Shown one piece after another: positions 37,581 through 50,199 of a stretch of DNA of 64,000 nt. A program made the position numbers and the translations under genes. The notes beneath the pieces were generated by a model. It ran no database searches and was not told the DNA's origin. It saw only the letters and a list, made by a program, of their open reading frames with translations. Each line of letters starts with the position of its first letter. The stretch's first letter is position 1. The DNA comes from Phoronis australis (taxonomy: Eukaryota > Animalia > Phoronida), in the NCBI GenBank assembly GCA_002633005.1, contig NMRA01000267.1, positions 405,202 through 469,201 of the forward strand, in the 5' to 3' direction.

Positions 37581-37712
37581 CTCTTGGTCTATTTACACCG
37601 ACCTCTTGTCTACACTGTCACGACGTTGCGTTCTTCTAAGAACGCGGGAACACCTGACGATGGCCGGAGAATAGACCGACCAAAACGTCGTGACAGTGTA
37701 AATAGACAAGAG
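37581..37712 (+). ncRNA. hammerhead-ribozyme-like fold in a Penelope-like terminal repeat remnant (core mutated)
   Basis: tacactgtcacgacgtt pairs with aacgtcgtgacagtgta. Stem I gcgttc/gaacac; CTGACGA at 37654-37660; stem II ggccgg/ccgacc; AAAAC in place of GAAAC. Confidence 0.55.
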
Positions 37713-39014
37713 ATTTTAATTATAGTAAGGAAGATGTTACAGATGTACATGTACATATTTCGCCATTTAACCACAAGCTATTCTTGCTTGAGTACACGGC
37801 ACTCAAACTATATATAAACATAGAACTCTAGCCCTGGAACGGCAACTCTGATCTCGCCACTGCTGAGGTTGCGCCGCGCATGCGGGATACTTGTTTGCAC
37901 TCGTTTGTTCCGGTGTGCGTACTGGCTATAGAATTTACTGTCATTAAAACATTCGCAACTCCCATATTTTCCATCGAATTGCTTAAGAGTCATACCAATA
38001 GAACGCCCTTTGCCAGTTCTTGATCAGTAATTATCATTTCGCGTACCTGTCTGGTTTAAGAATATTCTTTAAATTCTTAAAACCGGGAGTTTTGGCTCAA
38101 TGCGAAAAACAACAGCGTGTAATGGTAACATAAAAAGAAAATCATCATAGATGCTATATAAATAACTACTTAAGCCATTATCGAAACAATTTCTATGATT
38201 CAAAAGATTTCTACCCTGTACAAGTTCTAGACTATGGATCCCTGACACTTGCTGGGGTTAATTTAGTCAGGCATTCATCCAAACTTATTGTAGTATAAGA
38301 TGATCACTTGCTTAGAGACGTGGTAGGTTGCTTGCAGGCGTTTTGACCTGGTCAGCCAGGTCTTTGTCAATGAATGAGGAATTTCCCGCCTTTCGCTGGT
38401 TAAGAATAATTAAATAAATGGGAGGTAAGTGAAGGCCTCTGGGCAACCGGTAAACATTGCACAAATGATTTTTTATAGAAACAATTGAAAACAGTAATCA
38501 CCTGCGAGAGTTGGCATCCTAGGTCAAGAGTTCTATGATGTAAACTTTTCCCCCTTCAACTGCTCTCACACTATGGCTAGTGCGCTCATGCTGACTTTTG
38601 AGCTTCTGAACATGTGCATCGTGAATTTGAAAAGAGTGTTATAATGGAGCGTTCACATATTACGTCATCCAAAACTTGCCACTTTTTACCACTCCCCCCT
38701 TTCATTAGCCGTCATCATGATGTAACTACCCATTCCATCCTCTAATTACGTCATCACAGCCAACTCCCCTGTTTTTGGAATGACCAACAGTTCGTTGGAA
38801 ATTCGTCTTTATCATTCTAACGACAAATTAATACCGCTTTATTGTCTAAGTTGCATTTGGTGTTGCACACAGCAGTGAAATAAAATACACCATTTCAACT
38901 ATCAAACCAAAAATAAGGAACATGTTGTGGTCGCTTCGTGGTGGCACAACATAAAAACTAGTGGCAGCACCACTAAACTCCATGGCCGAAACAATAAACC
39001 CATGACTACATGGC

Positions 39015-42000
39015 AGGACCTTTCTTCGTGACAAATTTAGTAAAAATGCGGTTCGTTGATTATCCCAGACATGCTTGAGTTAATTGTGGATCCCCGTAAT
39101 TTTATTAATTAGTCGTGCACAACTGCGGAAGTGGCATTTAGGGGGCAGAATTCCCCGTCTAGTGCGTTCGAGTTACTGTGAGGATCTGTTCTACTATTGT
39201 TCTTGTGCTGGTCTCCTAAAGCTGTCGACACCACGTCTCAGCGACTAGTATTCTACGACAACCAAAGTTGTTAGAGAACTCAATTACGTGGGGTTTTATA
39301 GAAATATTTAAATTTGTAGTAGCAGTCAGAGGATATATGTTTGAGCCCGAGTAGAGCAAGGAAGAATACAAGACAGCTGCTGAGAAGGACGAGGAAGAGA
39401 CTGAGGACAGACATGGTGGGGGACGTCTTGGTGCAAATGTAAGGTGTGCATAGTAATGCCGACCTCAATGGAATGCCTATGTTGTTCCCACTGGATGGTG
39501 ACTTGAGCATCCAAACCGCTTACATTCAGCCCTGTGACTCCCTCGCCACACACCAGGCCCTTTCTAAATAGCTCCAATACTTTAGTCAAGTCCACAATAA
39601 ACTTACCAAAGTTTGGCTCACCGGCCTGACCAGTACTGGACGACAAACTGTCCTTCCCACTGTGTGTCGAGCTTGACCTGTATTCCCTAACACTACTCAA
39701 CATCGCTGCAAGGCTGCTTAGAAAGCTTTGAGCTGGAGACAACACCAGCACAGGGCAAATCACTGCTATTTCCCAGAATTGCACACTCTGGGGTACGTTC
39801 GGAGGGACGGTTGACAGTAGAAGAAGCGCCTCCAGTCACTGTAGAGGCCAAAGCTCGCGAGGCCACTCGCTTAAAAATGCTCTTCTCGGGGTTGGCGACG
39901 GGGCACAGCCGGGAATCAACAGCGACACCATGGCACACTTCCTCTGCGGTTGTTTTGCATGAACCCTCACCGATTCTGCGAACATACCTCTATCGTAATC
40001 CAACGGCAGAAAATGCTTGCCACCCACCCAGTAATGGGGCTATTTGGACATTTACATTAACTAGAGGGCGCGCGCGTACTAGCTGGTGCCGATTTCGCGA
40101 GCCCTTCAAATACATGGTGAAATGGCTTGCAGCCGTGCCAACTGAATCTGAGATTACGTGAAAAGGGTGCTTCTACATGTATATGAGAGGAAATTAGCAC
40201 GATGTTATACAAAGGTAAGGTCTGTGATTAGTTTAACGATTATTCCATGTTTATTCTGCTGAAGCCTGTTAACTGAGGTACTCGCCGAGGTCGACTTCGC
40301 CGCAGTCGGCAGTCGGGTTTGTTGTGATGTGTGTTACGATACTTGACGTACCACTCGAGATCTTTTCGTACATCAAAGCAGTATTATTAAGGTTTGGAAT
40401 GATTTCTAACAGGTTTATCAGTGACAGTTACATCAATCGATGCTGAATGTTTATGCTGTCAACTCGATATTGGTTAGTGAGTTAAGATTAAAATCCAAGC
40501 CCAATGGCAAAGAGTACGTCACAAATATCCACAAGACTATTTGTTTACTCTCTATCCTATGTCTTCCGGAAATCTGTAACATGTTGAAATGGAAATCTAT
40601 AATGTCTGTTTTCACGTGACCTTTGGTTTTTAGGTTTGAGGGCTTGCACCGTGCAGAGGAGAACTGATATGCATCGCTTCTGCACCGTCCCTGAATGGAC
40701 AAAATTGGTTTTAAGCAGCTGACTGCAGCTAACCAGCAAGATCTTTCCGTCCAGTGCATATCTGTTGTCAAAGCCTACTTTCTATATCGGAGACAACGAA
40801 CAAAGCCTTTGAAAAGGGACAGCTATTTTTAAGTCATTTTATGAATTTCCTTATTCAGGTCCTTAGCGCAGGGTTGGCATAGGGGGTTGGGGTTGTAAAA
40901 TTTGGTGCAACTGAATGTGTGGAAATAACAGATACACTGTAATAGTGTCTGGCGGAAAGAGGATGGTGAGGTAACTCTTAACCTTCATGAAGTTCCTTCA
41001 GGTTTATTCCATGAAACTTTTGCTATCAGTTGTAAACACATTAAAATATATTACATTTTTTGAATTCCCAGTGACTGAATTGTCTTCACTCATTCCTTGA
41101 AACGTTGTAAGTCGTTTATAAATTCAAATTACTGCCATTTTTGTGAAAATTGAATTTTTGATGGTGCCTTACGATTTGAAATTACTCTTAAACAACAGAA
41201 AAATTATCCACCCAAATTGTCATTTTCCTTTTGACCGATAGAAATGTGCAACGATCAAAATGAAGTATTCCCTTTGTTTGTATTTGATTTGTTTGTGTGT
41301 AATTATTGTTAGAGCTTTCTCAAGAAGGCCTTTGAACAATTTTAAGTTTTGTGTTAACTTGTCTACAACAAAAGTCCCACATGCAAGAAAAGTATGTTTT
41401 CAATTGTAGCTAGCTGGAGAAGAATCTGGTATGCACAAGATTTAAAAATAAACAACTATCAGTGTACATGTATTTAAAAACAAAATGGGAAACTGAACAA
41501 CCACATACATACAAAGAAACAACATTGCTAAAAACAACTGTATTTTTTCCAATCCAACGGAGTCCGTAATCCGGCATATCAAGGGCTGACTTTCTGAGTT
41601 AGATTCAATTTTCTCAGGTTATTGCTGACGGATTGCTTTTCACTATGTCCAAATGTAAAATAGACGGTCAGACGGCTGGTTTTAGTCGTTTTCTCTCACC
41701 CTTAACAAAATAGTCAGAGAAATATTAGCATATTATAAAACAAAACACAAGACCAAACTACTTTTGTGAGGCAGAACATACTTGACGTTTCATCTTCATG
41801 TTTATATGTACAAAATAATAACCTTTGTACCCAATTCTTATATAAGATCTGAATGAAAATATGTGAACCAGGCTACAAGTTATTTAACAATGTGTATTTT
41901 TCATGTGTTTCTGATCTCAACAAATAAAATTCATTCTAGGTGTCATTTTTTCCAATGCAATGTTACGACATTTACTGAATATCTTATTCACGTTAATTCG

Positions 42001-43040
42001 GTAACTAATCTGGTAGTCCTGGGGGTGGGGTCCGCTATAAAATAAGGAAACTCACTCATCTAGAGAATTTTGTTGGACACAGCATAGCTTTGAAAAGAAA
42101 CTGCTGTGAAAAAGTCACCCTTGACTTCTGAGTGTCACGTACCATACATCTCCTATTTTGGGCGCACTCCCACCCAGGACAATATGTGCTGCGAGCCTAC
42201 CATCCGGGTTCCGGGTGAGTTTCCGAAAAGAAACCCGTTATTCAGTGGGGTAACTGGTGGGGATAACATCACCGAACGATGTCGATAGAAACTGATTGCT
42301 AAAATCTTACCAGGTAACGTTATGTAGTCTCTCAATGGAAATGCATAGAGCATCCACATACTTTTTGTCAGTTGGTTGACCCTTTTGACCGCAGTTCTCC
42401 ACGCCTCTAGTAACCTTAGATCTTTTGGGAATTTGTGACCACCTGTCGAAGATTTGCACCAGGGAAAATAGCAGTAGCACGACGACGTATTTTAATAACA
42501 GCTCCGTCTTTTTACCAGTTGTTTACATGCAGACAGCGACGCATGCGCAATTCAATCAGCACTATAGTATAGCAGCGACACCGCGAGGATAATTCTTCGA
42601 ATAGCCCCATTCTCCACTGCTTTGTACGTTGCGTGGACGGTAGCCCTGCATTCTTCACACGAGCGAGCTAAGTACGGCGGAGCGTGTCAACTTTCAGAAA
42701 GCGGTTTACTACCATACCCAAAGTGCGCGCGAGACGAGAACGAGTACACCCCGGTACGCAACAACCGTGCGGCAAGTTGACTGACTTGTACATGTAAAGA
42801 AACGCAAACAACAACCTAACTTATCACAACCGAGGTAAAACAATGAGTCAACAGGTCACACAGTCAGACTATACGAAAACAAAGTGGAGGAAATTCTTAA
42901 CCCTCTATACGTCACTTCCGGAGCAAGGCACGACTAATCAATAAAATTACGGGGAACCGTTATAAACTGAAAAATAAGTCTGGGATAATCAACGAACCGT
43001 ATTTTTACTGAAATTGACATGAAACAGTTTGCTTTCTCCT
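39015..43040. mobile_element. non-autonomous Kolobok element, copy B (same family as 22658-24193), with a nested insertion; left end degraded
   Basis: Colinear with copy A over ~39040-40035 and 42609-43040; right end TTCTCCT|TCAA. KolX GYMFEPE...SWCKC; THAP PHGCCVPGCTR...; transposase segment KFIVDLTKVLELF...CGE. Confidence 0.85.
40036..42608. mobile_element. ISL2EU-like (PIF/Harbinger-related) non-autonomous element inserted in the THAP exon of Kolobok copy B
   Basis: AT|GGGGCTATT ... AATAGCCCC|AT; copy A shows the empty site. - strand THAP (YCYFPWCKS..GHKFPKD....AWRTAVKR, ~42480-42310). + strand SAP-like stub QLNLRLREKGAST..DVIQR before a GT donor (~40110-40214). Confidence 0.7.
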
Positions 43041-43049
43041 TCAACTATG

Positions 43050-44200
43050 TCACAGGACGAGTGAGGATACAATAAGGGTAACCTTTTGATGTGCCCACAT
43101 ATTTATATGCGGGTTTATATGGCTGTCATCTCTCTCCGGCGTTTGTTGCCGTATCTTGTAAATGCTTTGCTGGATCTTAATGAGATTTGGCGATACGTAC
43201 CTATAATGCTGACGACAAAGAATTTCTGGCCGATCCAACTACTGCTATGCCCTCTAGAAACATTTTAGTTTTTCACATTTGCCTCTGTATCTTTCGAGTT
43301 CCTTGGTGGACTTTCATGAAATTTGGCAACTAGGTTTCTATTAAAGGGGCGACGATGCTTTCCAATTTTTGGACGGACTTGATGTAATTTGAACCGCCTA
43401 ATCGTCAATTTAACTTTTAGTGCGTTTTGGCCATCAGCCTCTCTATCCGCTAAACAATTCAAAGCATCATTTTGAACATTGGCGGCTTTGTTCCTGATGA
43501 GAAGACCGCAACTGGCGTTGATTTTTGGACGGTTTTGAGTGCTCTGGTGCACCCTAGAGGTAATTTTATGGCGTCAATAGCTGTATCTAGTTAGCTCTTT
43601 GGAGGATTTTTTTTGAAAATTGGTAGATACGTTCCTATGTAGATGGTAAGTTTGAGACCAATCCGACTACATGTACCCCCTAGTGCATGGCAATTTTACA
43701 GTTTTAGTTTGCCTCTGTTATTTGAGTTACGGGTGGATTTTCGTGAATGCCTTTTCATTGTCGGGCGGATTTGGTATATTCTGCGCCATCTACTGGTCAT
43801 TATTTTGAGTCCGTTTTTTGGCGTCCTCCTCAAACTACTAAAAATATAATTATTAAACGTGGTAGATGTGTTGCTGATGAAAAGACCATGGCTGACGCTA
43901 ATTTCCGGACGGGTCTGACTACTGTGGCGGCCCCTTGTAGTGATTTTGTATTTTTGCAAACATGGCTACAGGCCTACTAAATGTGACAATGACTGCCGCG
44001 ACTTTTTGTACTGCTCTGACAACCGCTGTGCCCACTAGAGCAATTTTAGTTTCCACGTTTGCCTTTGTGTCTTTAAAGTCCCTTAGTGGATGTTCATGAA
44101 TTGTGGCAAATACTTTTGTAATAGAGAGACAACACCTTCCCAATTTAGGACGGGTTCGACTTATTCTGCGCAACACCTCAAGAAGCACACCATTTGCCGT
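43050..44200. repeat. degenerate internally repetitive element (~170-190-bp units with cc.ctag.g and catgaaatttgg motifs)
   Basis: Recurring blocks, for example 43255-43390 versus 44030-44165. Confidence 0.55.
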
Positions 44201-44507
44201 ATAGTGGTGGATGCATTAGAATTCTCAGTGTTGCACTTGCAATATTAAGTTAGAACACTATGACCTCTGATATTCTGTGGCTAGTCTCCACTTAATCGGC
44301 AATCTGTAGAGCAAAACTTGAGATTTAACAATGGTACTTGAGGTATAGTGTGAAAACTAATAACTCTAGCATATTCAATGCAATAACGAAAAAAAAAAAC
44401 GTCGCAATACTGTATACATGTATATCATGCGTAACGAGCTTATAGTGTAAATCACATTCCCTGAAAACATGACCTCGCCTGTCGCTTGGCGTCCTGACCA
44501 TGACCTT

Positions 44508-45032
44508 ATGGTGGGCCGTTGAGGGGAAAGTGTCGCCGTACAGTTACGCTCGTAAATTAAATAGGGAAAAGTTTCGCCTTAAAATTACGAGCGTAAATTA
44601 AATTGCAAAAGTGTTGCAGTAAAATTACGCCCGTAAATTAAAAGGGGGAAATGTCGCCGTAAATTACGCTCGTAAAATACCTTAAGAACGTTCCAAATTT
44701 AAACCAATCAGTGTTGACCTAACATACACGACTGTTGTTGGGCAGCTCGTTCTTGCACAATCGCTGACATTGCAGCAGCGATTTGATCCGCCATGATTCA
44801 GCGCTCGTATTGTAGACATGTAACCCGTCAGTAAATAGGTATTTCCATGAGCACGTGCGACAGTGGATTGTATAACCCAACGTCATTGGCTAAGACTTTA
44901 AACTAAATTACGAGCGTAATTTTACGCCGCAACGAATTAAATTACGCTCGTAATTTTACGTAAATAACGGCGTAATGTACATAATTACGCTCGTGTTTTT
45001 CCAGCGACACTTTCCCCCCAATGGCCCATCAT
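44508..45032. mobile_element. foldback MITE with near-palindromic TTACGAGCGTAA subrepeats
   Basis: atggtgggccgttgaggggaaagtgtcgc ... gcgacactttccccccaatggcccatcat, with many aaattacg(a/c)..gtaa units in both arms. Confidence 0.85.
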
Positions 45033-46016
45033 GCTTCGTCACTGTAATGATTGTCAGCGATAGGCAGTGATAAAATGGGACTGTCGTTTGTCTCTGTACA
45101 TGTTTATAATGTTGAATAATCCTAGTAAAACTGTAGCGTGAAACAACAGGTCCTGGTTTTGTTTTTAATAAATTATGCTCTAAGGCGAACTTTTCCCAAC
45201 GATATGCACTGTGATGAAAATATTCTAATAAACCACACGATGACGTATGAGTACTCCCCATGACATATATCGTCATCTTTCAGTAATCCCCCTCGATGTA
45301 ATATGAGAACAATCAAGGTAATAATTCCAGCCCATCAAATCACGGGAACATACAGACAACGAATGCAGCCATATTTGTCCCACAATCACTGTGCAACTAT
45401 GGCGGCGAATGAAAGGGTAATGATGGTTTGCGATGCACGTTGGACAGTTGCAGTGCAGCTCAACGATATGCAGAGAACGACAGATCTAGAGGAAAAGTGC
45501 CTGTCGCTGGATGAATCGTTGACTATTATCCAGTATTTATAAACAAGCAGAATGTGAACGGAATTCCGCTTCACAACGTTTCGCAATTATTTTTTACTTT
45601 ATTTTCTTCAGTAATTTCCAACGTGAATTAACAATTCAAGCTAGAGCTACAAATGTAGGCAGCAATGGAAATGACAACCAAAACATTATTTAAAAGCGGA
45701 AATGTTCTCAATTGTTTCCTTTCACGGCCTCGCAAGAACTGACACGCCATACAACTTAATTTGTAGAAAATGGTTTGGGTTCCTGCAGTTATTGTCTGTT
45801 GTTTGCTTACCCAGAGCCCACTTTGATAATGCACTGCTCTGTAGGGCAACAGTTTCAGTGAAATATAATAAAAAGACATCGCCCAGAATATGTTGCTATA
45901 GTACGCTTAAGGAAGACTTACCTCCGCCATAATAGCCAATACTCAGCTGTGAAACAGGGTTGGGTTTACCGCTTACCGCCATATTACCTTTGCGCTCATC
46001 GTAACGGTAAATAAGG

Positions 46017-48170
46017 CAGGCCGTAGCCAGCATTGCGCGAGGGAGGGGGTTCGAATTTCTAGTGCGGTGTACCTTTGGTTGGAAATCTATATACACAACG
46101 ACGACTCTCAACTCTCTGTTCCCAAGATCAGACGGAATTCGTAATACCAGAAACGAGGATGTTCTGACGGTTGCTCACAAACACGGGACCCAAATTCAGA
46201 TGTAATGTGGTCCAGAAAGAGAATGTCCCAGTGTTACCACCCGCCAAACTTTCATACCGGGTGTACTTTAGTGAGTGATAATCATTACACATCATTACAT
46301 ATTCTGACGCAAATATTTTTTTTATATTTTTTTTTGACGCAAATATTTAATCAGGGCATGATCGACTTGAATTTTTTGATCTAGTTGTATTATGCGTGTT
46401 ACTTAAGTTGCTTAAATCGCTGGAAATGGGAACAGCCCATTATTCCAAAGGTTCACTACTCTGAAGATTCAATATTCCGAAGTTTCACTACTCCAAAAAT
46501 ATCTAAATTTCGGACTTGGGTGTATCAGATATCCCCAAGAATAAACGACACGTCGGTTGTACCAGAACCTATGCTCAAACAACGCCCGGATTTCATGCGC
46601 ATACGAAATTGCCCGCATGCCTTTCGAATACGGAAAATGAGTACGTTCATGAATTTAATAAAAAATTATGAAGTAGGAATATTGATGAATTATCAACCAC
46701 GATACATTCATCAAATCCATGTCAACCGTGAAGGTCGCATCATTTCACAGCGTGACTGAGCTAGTGTAGGGCTGTTGCCCCTCAAATTCACCCATCGGAA
46801 CCACGCGCATGGCCTGGTCAAAACTAAATGTAGTTTGTAGGCTACCCTGTCCCTGCTAGTCTTCACGAAGTCGGAGAGTCCCATTCACTCTTCTTAAATT
46901 TAAGAACGCTATTGGTCGCTGAAGTCCTGACCCGGTGTTGTCCCTGATTGAGACTGAATGAGTCGTGCTAGATTGAAGATCCATGATTGGCAGTGATTGG
47001 AACTGAGCTCGTTTGTAAACAATGTAATCAATGTTTTGAGAACTACTCACTTTTGTACATCTTACTAAATGGGCACAAATACAATACAATACTTTTCTCA
47101 TGTCAGTTCCGACTCGTTAGCACACAATCAAAGTAATGAAGTGTCGTAGTTCTGGCTTCGGAATTGTAGACATTTCAAGTAGTGAACTTCCGAAGGTAGC
47201 GAACCTTCGAAGTAACTTTGAAGTAGTGGACTTTTGGAATGATAAACCTTCGGAATAGTGACATGTTACGTTGGAAAACTTTTCCATCAAGTTTTTTGCT
47301 CGTATGACGCCTACGAGGCTGTGCGCATCGACACTGATTTATCAAGGTATTTATTAGGTCTACCTTTTCCCTTATATGAACATGCTCGTCGGGGTTTTCT
47401 TAGTTCAAGAAAATATGGTAGTTCATGGAAGGAGCCGCACTGAAAAAGTGAGGGCTATAGCCCCCCCTGTGGTGCATCGCACCCCGGCATAGACCATGGG
47501 AGGTGCAGCACTGAAAAAAGTGGGGACTATAGCCGTCCAACCCCGTTCGGTGTGCCGCCCATGCTGTTAAATGTCTGATTTTTGAGGTACGACGGAGGAC
47601 TGCCTATTGTGAATTTAATTATCATCGGCGTGAACTGAATTTAAAAGAATGGAAACGTACACACGAGTACACGCATGCATGTCATCTGAAAATCCACACC
47701 AAAGTGGAAATTTGAAAATGTCTGCCCTTTACCGTACTCCGCCACTATCAAAATAGCAGAAACCTAGTTTCTGCTATTTTGTTTCATGGTCGATTTTAAG
47801 ACGTTCACACGGCACTACTTTTTGGAGCTCTCTGAATCTCGCGGCTATATAGCCTATCTAGGTATAGACATTTACTTCTAGACTCCCGTGCTACCCTATG
47901 TTGTAGCTACCACGCGCGTTCAAGGCCGATGAATAACATAAAGCCTCCTCTAATCGTCTGCACTATTCGGCGGGAGTTGACATCCAGACAATTACGTGAA
48001 CTAAATTCAAAATTATTTGTGACTTAGCTATCATTGCAATTAGCGGTACCGGTAACTGCAACAGTTTTGTTGTTTTTGTCCATCTATATCCCATCTTTAA
48101 CGGATAGGTCGGGGCTGGACCTTTTCCGCGAGGGAACCCCCCCCCCCGAAACCCCCCGGTTATGGGCGTG
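46017..48170. mobile_element. non-autonomous hAT-like element, copy 2, containing the foldback element (~46426-47270) and a dimeric MITE
   Basis: CAGGCCGTAGCCAG ... CCGGTTATGGGCGTG ends; colinear with 6436-12845. Confidence 0.7.
47424..47563. mobile_element. dimeric mini-MITE, copy 2
   Basis: catgg...gcactgaaaaagtgagggctatagcccc...catagaccatggg...gcactgaaaaaagtggggactatagcc...gccgcccatg. The empty site is at ~12170 (ggtagttaaatgtc). Confidence 0.85.
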
Positions 48171-48489
48171 TAAGGTAGGCGTGGCCTAAGTGCATTTGTC
48201 GGAACAACGCAATCATGAGAAGTCATGAGTAATTGACAGCTGCACAAAATGTATTAAATTCAGTGACTACCGTTTGTAGAGAGGATATTTTGATACGTGG
48301 ACTCATTTCTTCTAAGCACTTCCTCTACATCACATCTCATCAAGTGAGACAGGACAAAGACTGAAGTTTTGTGGTTACGCATTTTACAGTTTATTCTGTC
48401 TTATGCACCTACGGAAGGCAAACTAGTCACCTCTTTGAATTAATTTAGACTTCATTCGTGTGTTTTATTGAAATTAGAGATACATCAGT

Positions 48490-49719
48490 ATGACGTTTGC
48501 AGCATATCACTGTTTCTCAGGACTCAAAATATCGTTTCGACTTCGGTTTCGACCTTCTTTTTTGGTCGCAATAACCCTCTGTGTGATTACAACTGCTTGC
48601 TTGATCATTCTACCTTTCTACAACCAGTTTAGATCATATGAAGTGGATATTTGCAGTCGCCAAATGTGCCAACCAAAGACCAATGTCGTGTTTTTGAAGA
48701 CTCACAAGACCGGAAGTTGTACCATACAGAACATTTTGTTTCGTCATGGCGACACCAAAAATCTAGTCTTTGCTCTTAGCAAAAACGGTAACAGATTTCA
48801 TTGGCCTCGAAAAATCAAACGGTCGTCTGTTCTCCCAGTGTTCTTCAATGAAACGCACATGGAACAATTTAACATTTTGACCCAACACATGCGCTTTGAT
48901 GCAGAGCAAGTGAAGTCCTTCATGCCGCATGACAGCGTTTTTGTGACCATTATGCGAGAGCCATCTCGCTTGTTTTCTTCCGCTTTGTACTATTTGCCTA
49001 TGTATTACGATACTTGCTTTAATTTGACGACTGCCAACAAGGCCGAGGATTTCGTGGGTAACTTAAAAAGTATTCAACATACCAGACAGCGTATGTGTAA
49101 ACACCAAAATGGCAGTGTGCCATCTCATGACTTCACTATGTTTGACTTCGGCCTAGATTTAAAGGAATTGGACAATGACACTCGAGTTATTGAGAAAGTG
49201 AAGGAAATAGAGTCACTGTTTTCTTTAGTAATGATCACAGAATATTTTGACGAGTCTTTAGTTCTACTCAAGGAGCAGTTAAATTGGAAGACTAAGGACA
49301 TTATTTACTTCAGGCACAACGTAGTTAAACATTCAAGAAACCGTTTGTCTGAAGGAACCGTGCAGAAACTTAGAGAATGGAACCGTGCGGACACCATCGC
49401 TTACGATTATTTCGCTCAGATTTTACAGAAAGAAATGGTGAAATTCGGCCTTGAAAGACTCCGTAAAGAGGTAAAGCATTTAAGAACAATGTGTAAAGAA
49501 TGGGAAACGTTTTGCGTTGAGAAGATCGTTATCGGGAAAGAGATGTCGCCGGGTGATCCCAATAGGCCGTTCAACCCCATAGCTGATGGGTACGTTCTGA
49601 GACGGGAGGCAAGAGATAATGAAACGTGCGTTCAACTGACGAGAGCGGAAAATCCCTACGCGCTTGTGTTGTATGAAAAAATGATGAAACGCCGTAAATA
49701 TATCGGCACTTTTCTTTAA
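48490..49719 (+). CDS. galactose-3-O-sulfotransferase family protein (GAL3ST-like), type II Golgi membrane protein
   Basis: Open 409-codon frame with an N-terminal hydrophobic helix, VFLKTHKTGSCTIQNILFR (5'-PSB), TIMREP (3'-PB), LVMITEYFDESLVLLK and WNRAD..AYDYF. An acceptor-like tttctcAG at 48519-48520 suggests the true start may lie in an upstream exon. Confidence 0.95.
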   Translation: MTFAAYHCFSGLKISFRLRFRPSFLVAITLCVITTACLIILPFYNQFRSYEVDICSRQMCQPKTNVVFLKTHKTGSCTIQNILFRHGDTKNLVFALSKNGNRFHWPRKIKRSSVLPVFFNETHMEQFNILTQHMRFDAEQVKSFMPHDSVFVTIMREPSRLFSSALYYLPMYYDTCFNLTTANKAEDFVGNLKSIQHTRQRMCKHQNGSVPSHDFTMFDFGLDLKELDNDTRVIEKVKEIESLFSLVMITEYFDESLVLLKEQLNWKTKDIIYFRHNVVKHSRNRLSEGTVQKLREWNRADTIAYDYFAQILQKEMVKFGLERLRKEVKHLRTMCKEWETFCVEKIVIGKEMSPGDPNRPFNPIADGYVLRREARDNETCVQLTRAENPYALVLYEKMMKRRKYIGTFL

Positions 49720-50199
49720 CAATACCCACGGAGTCGCTTGAAAAACACAAATGTATACTCATTGTTAGTCTGTAAAATGAACCTTCACGGAAAAAAATCT
49801 CAACGTCCATCACAAGCTGGTTACAGTGTTCTGGATTTTTCATTTTCCGGACCGGTGACTAGATGGTTTTGCCACTGGACTAACATAGCAATATAAGATG
49901 TATGGTTCATTTCTTTATGATGTGATATAGGAGTAAGTGACCAAGAAGTCACGGATCTCAACCAAACTGTTAGAAAATGAAGGCGAGTATAAATTGCGGA
50001 ACCCTATTGAATTCTGGAGTAATCGACAAACAACAGGGTCTACTAAGTTTTTAATGTTCTTAACGATTCATCGGGATCTAGTGACCTCTCATGTAGAGAA
50101 CCATGAAGAGTAAACAAAACGGAATCTAGACATTTAAAATGCACATGGATATTGAAATAATAATGCTTCGCGAAAGTAGCTGTTGTTCGTGAATATAAA

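Noticed and set aside
44520-45000. CRISPR-like or iteron-like spaced repeats, here and at 31.8-32.2 kb
   Set aside because: Eukaryotic context, degenerate units without unique spacers, inverted arms and no cas genes.
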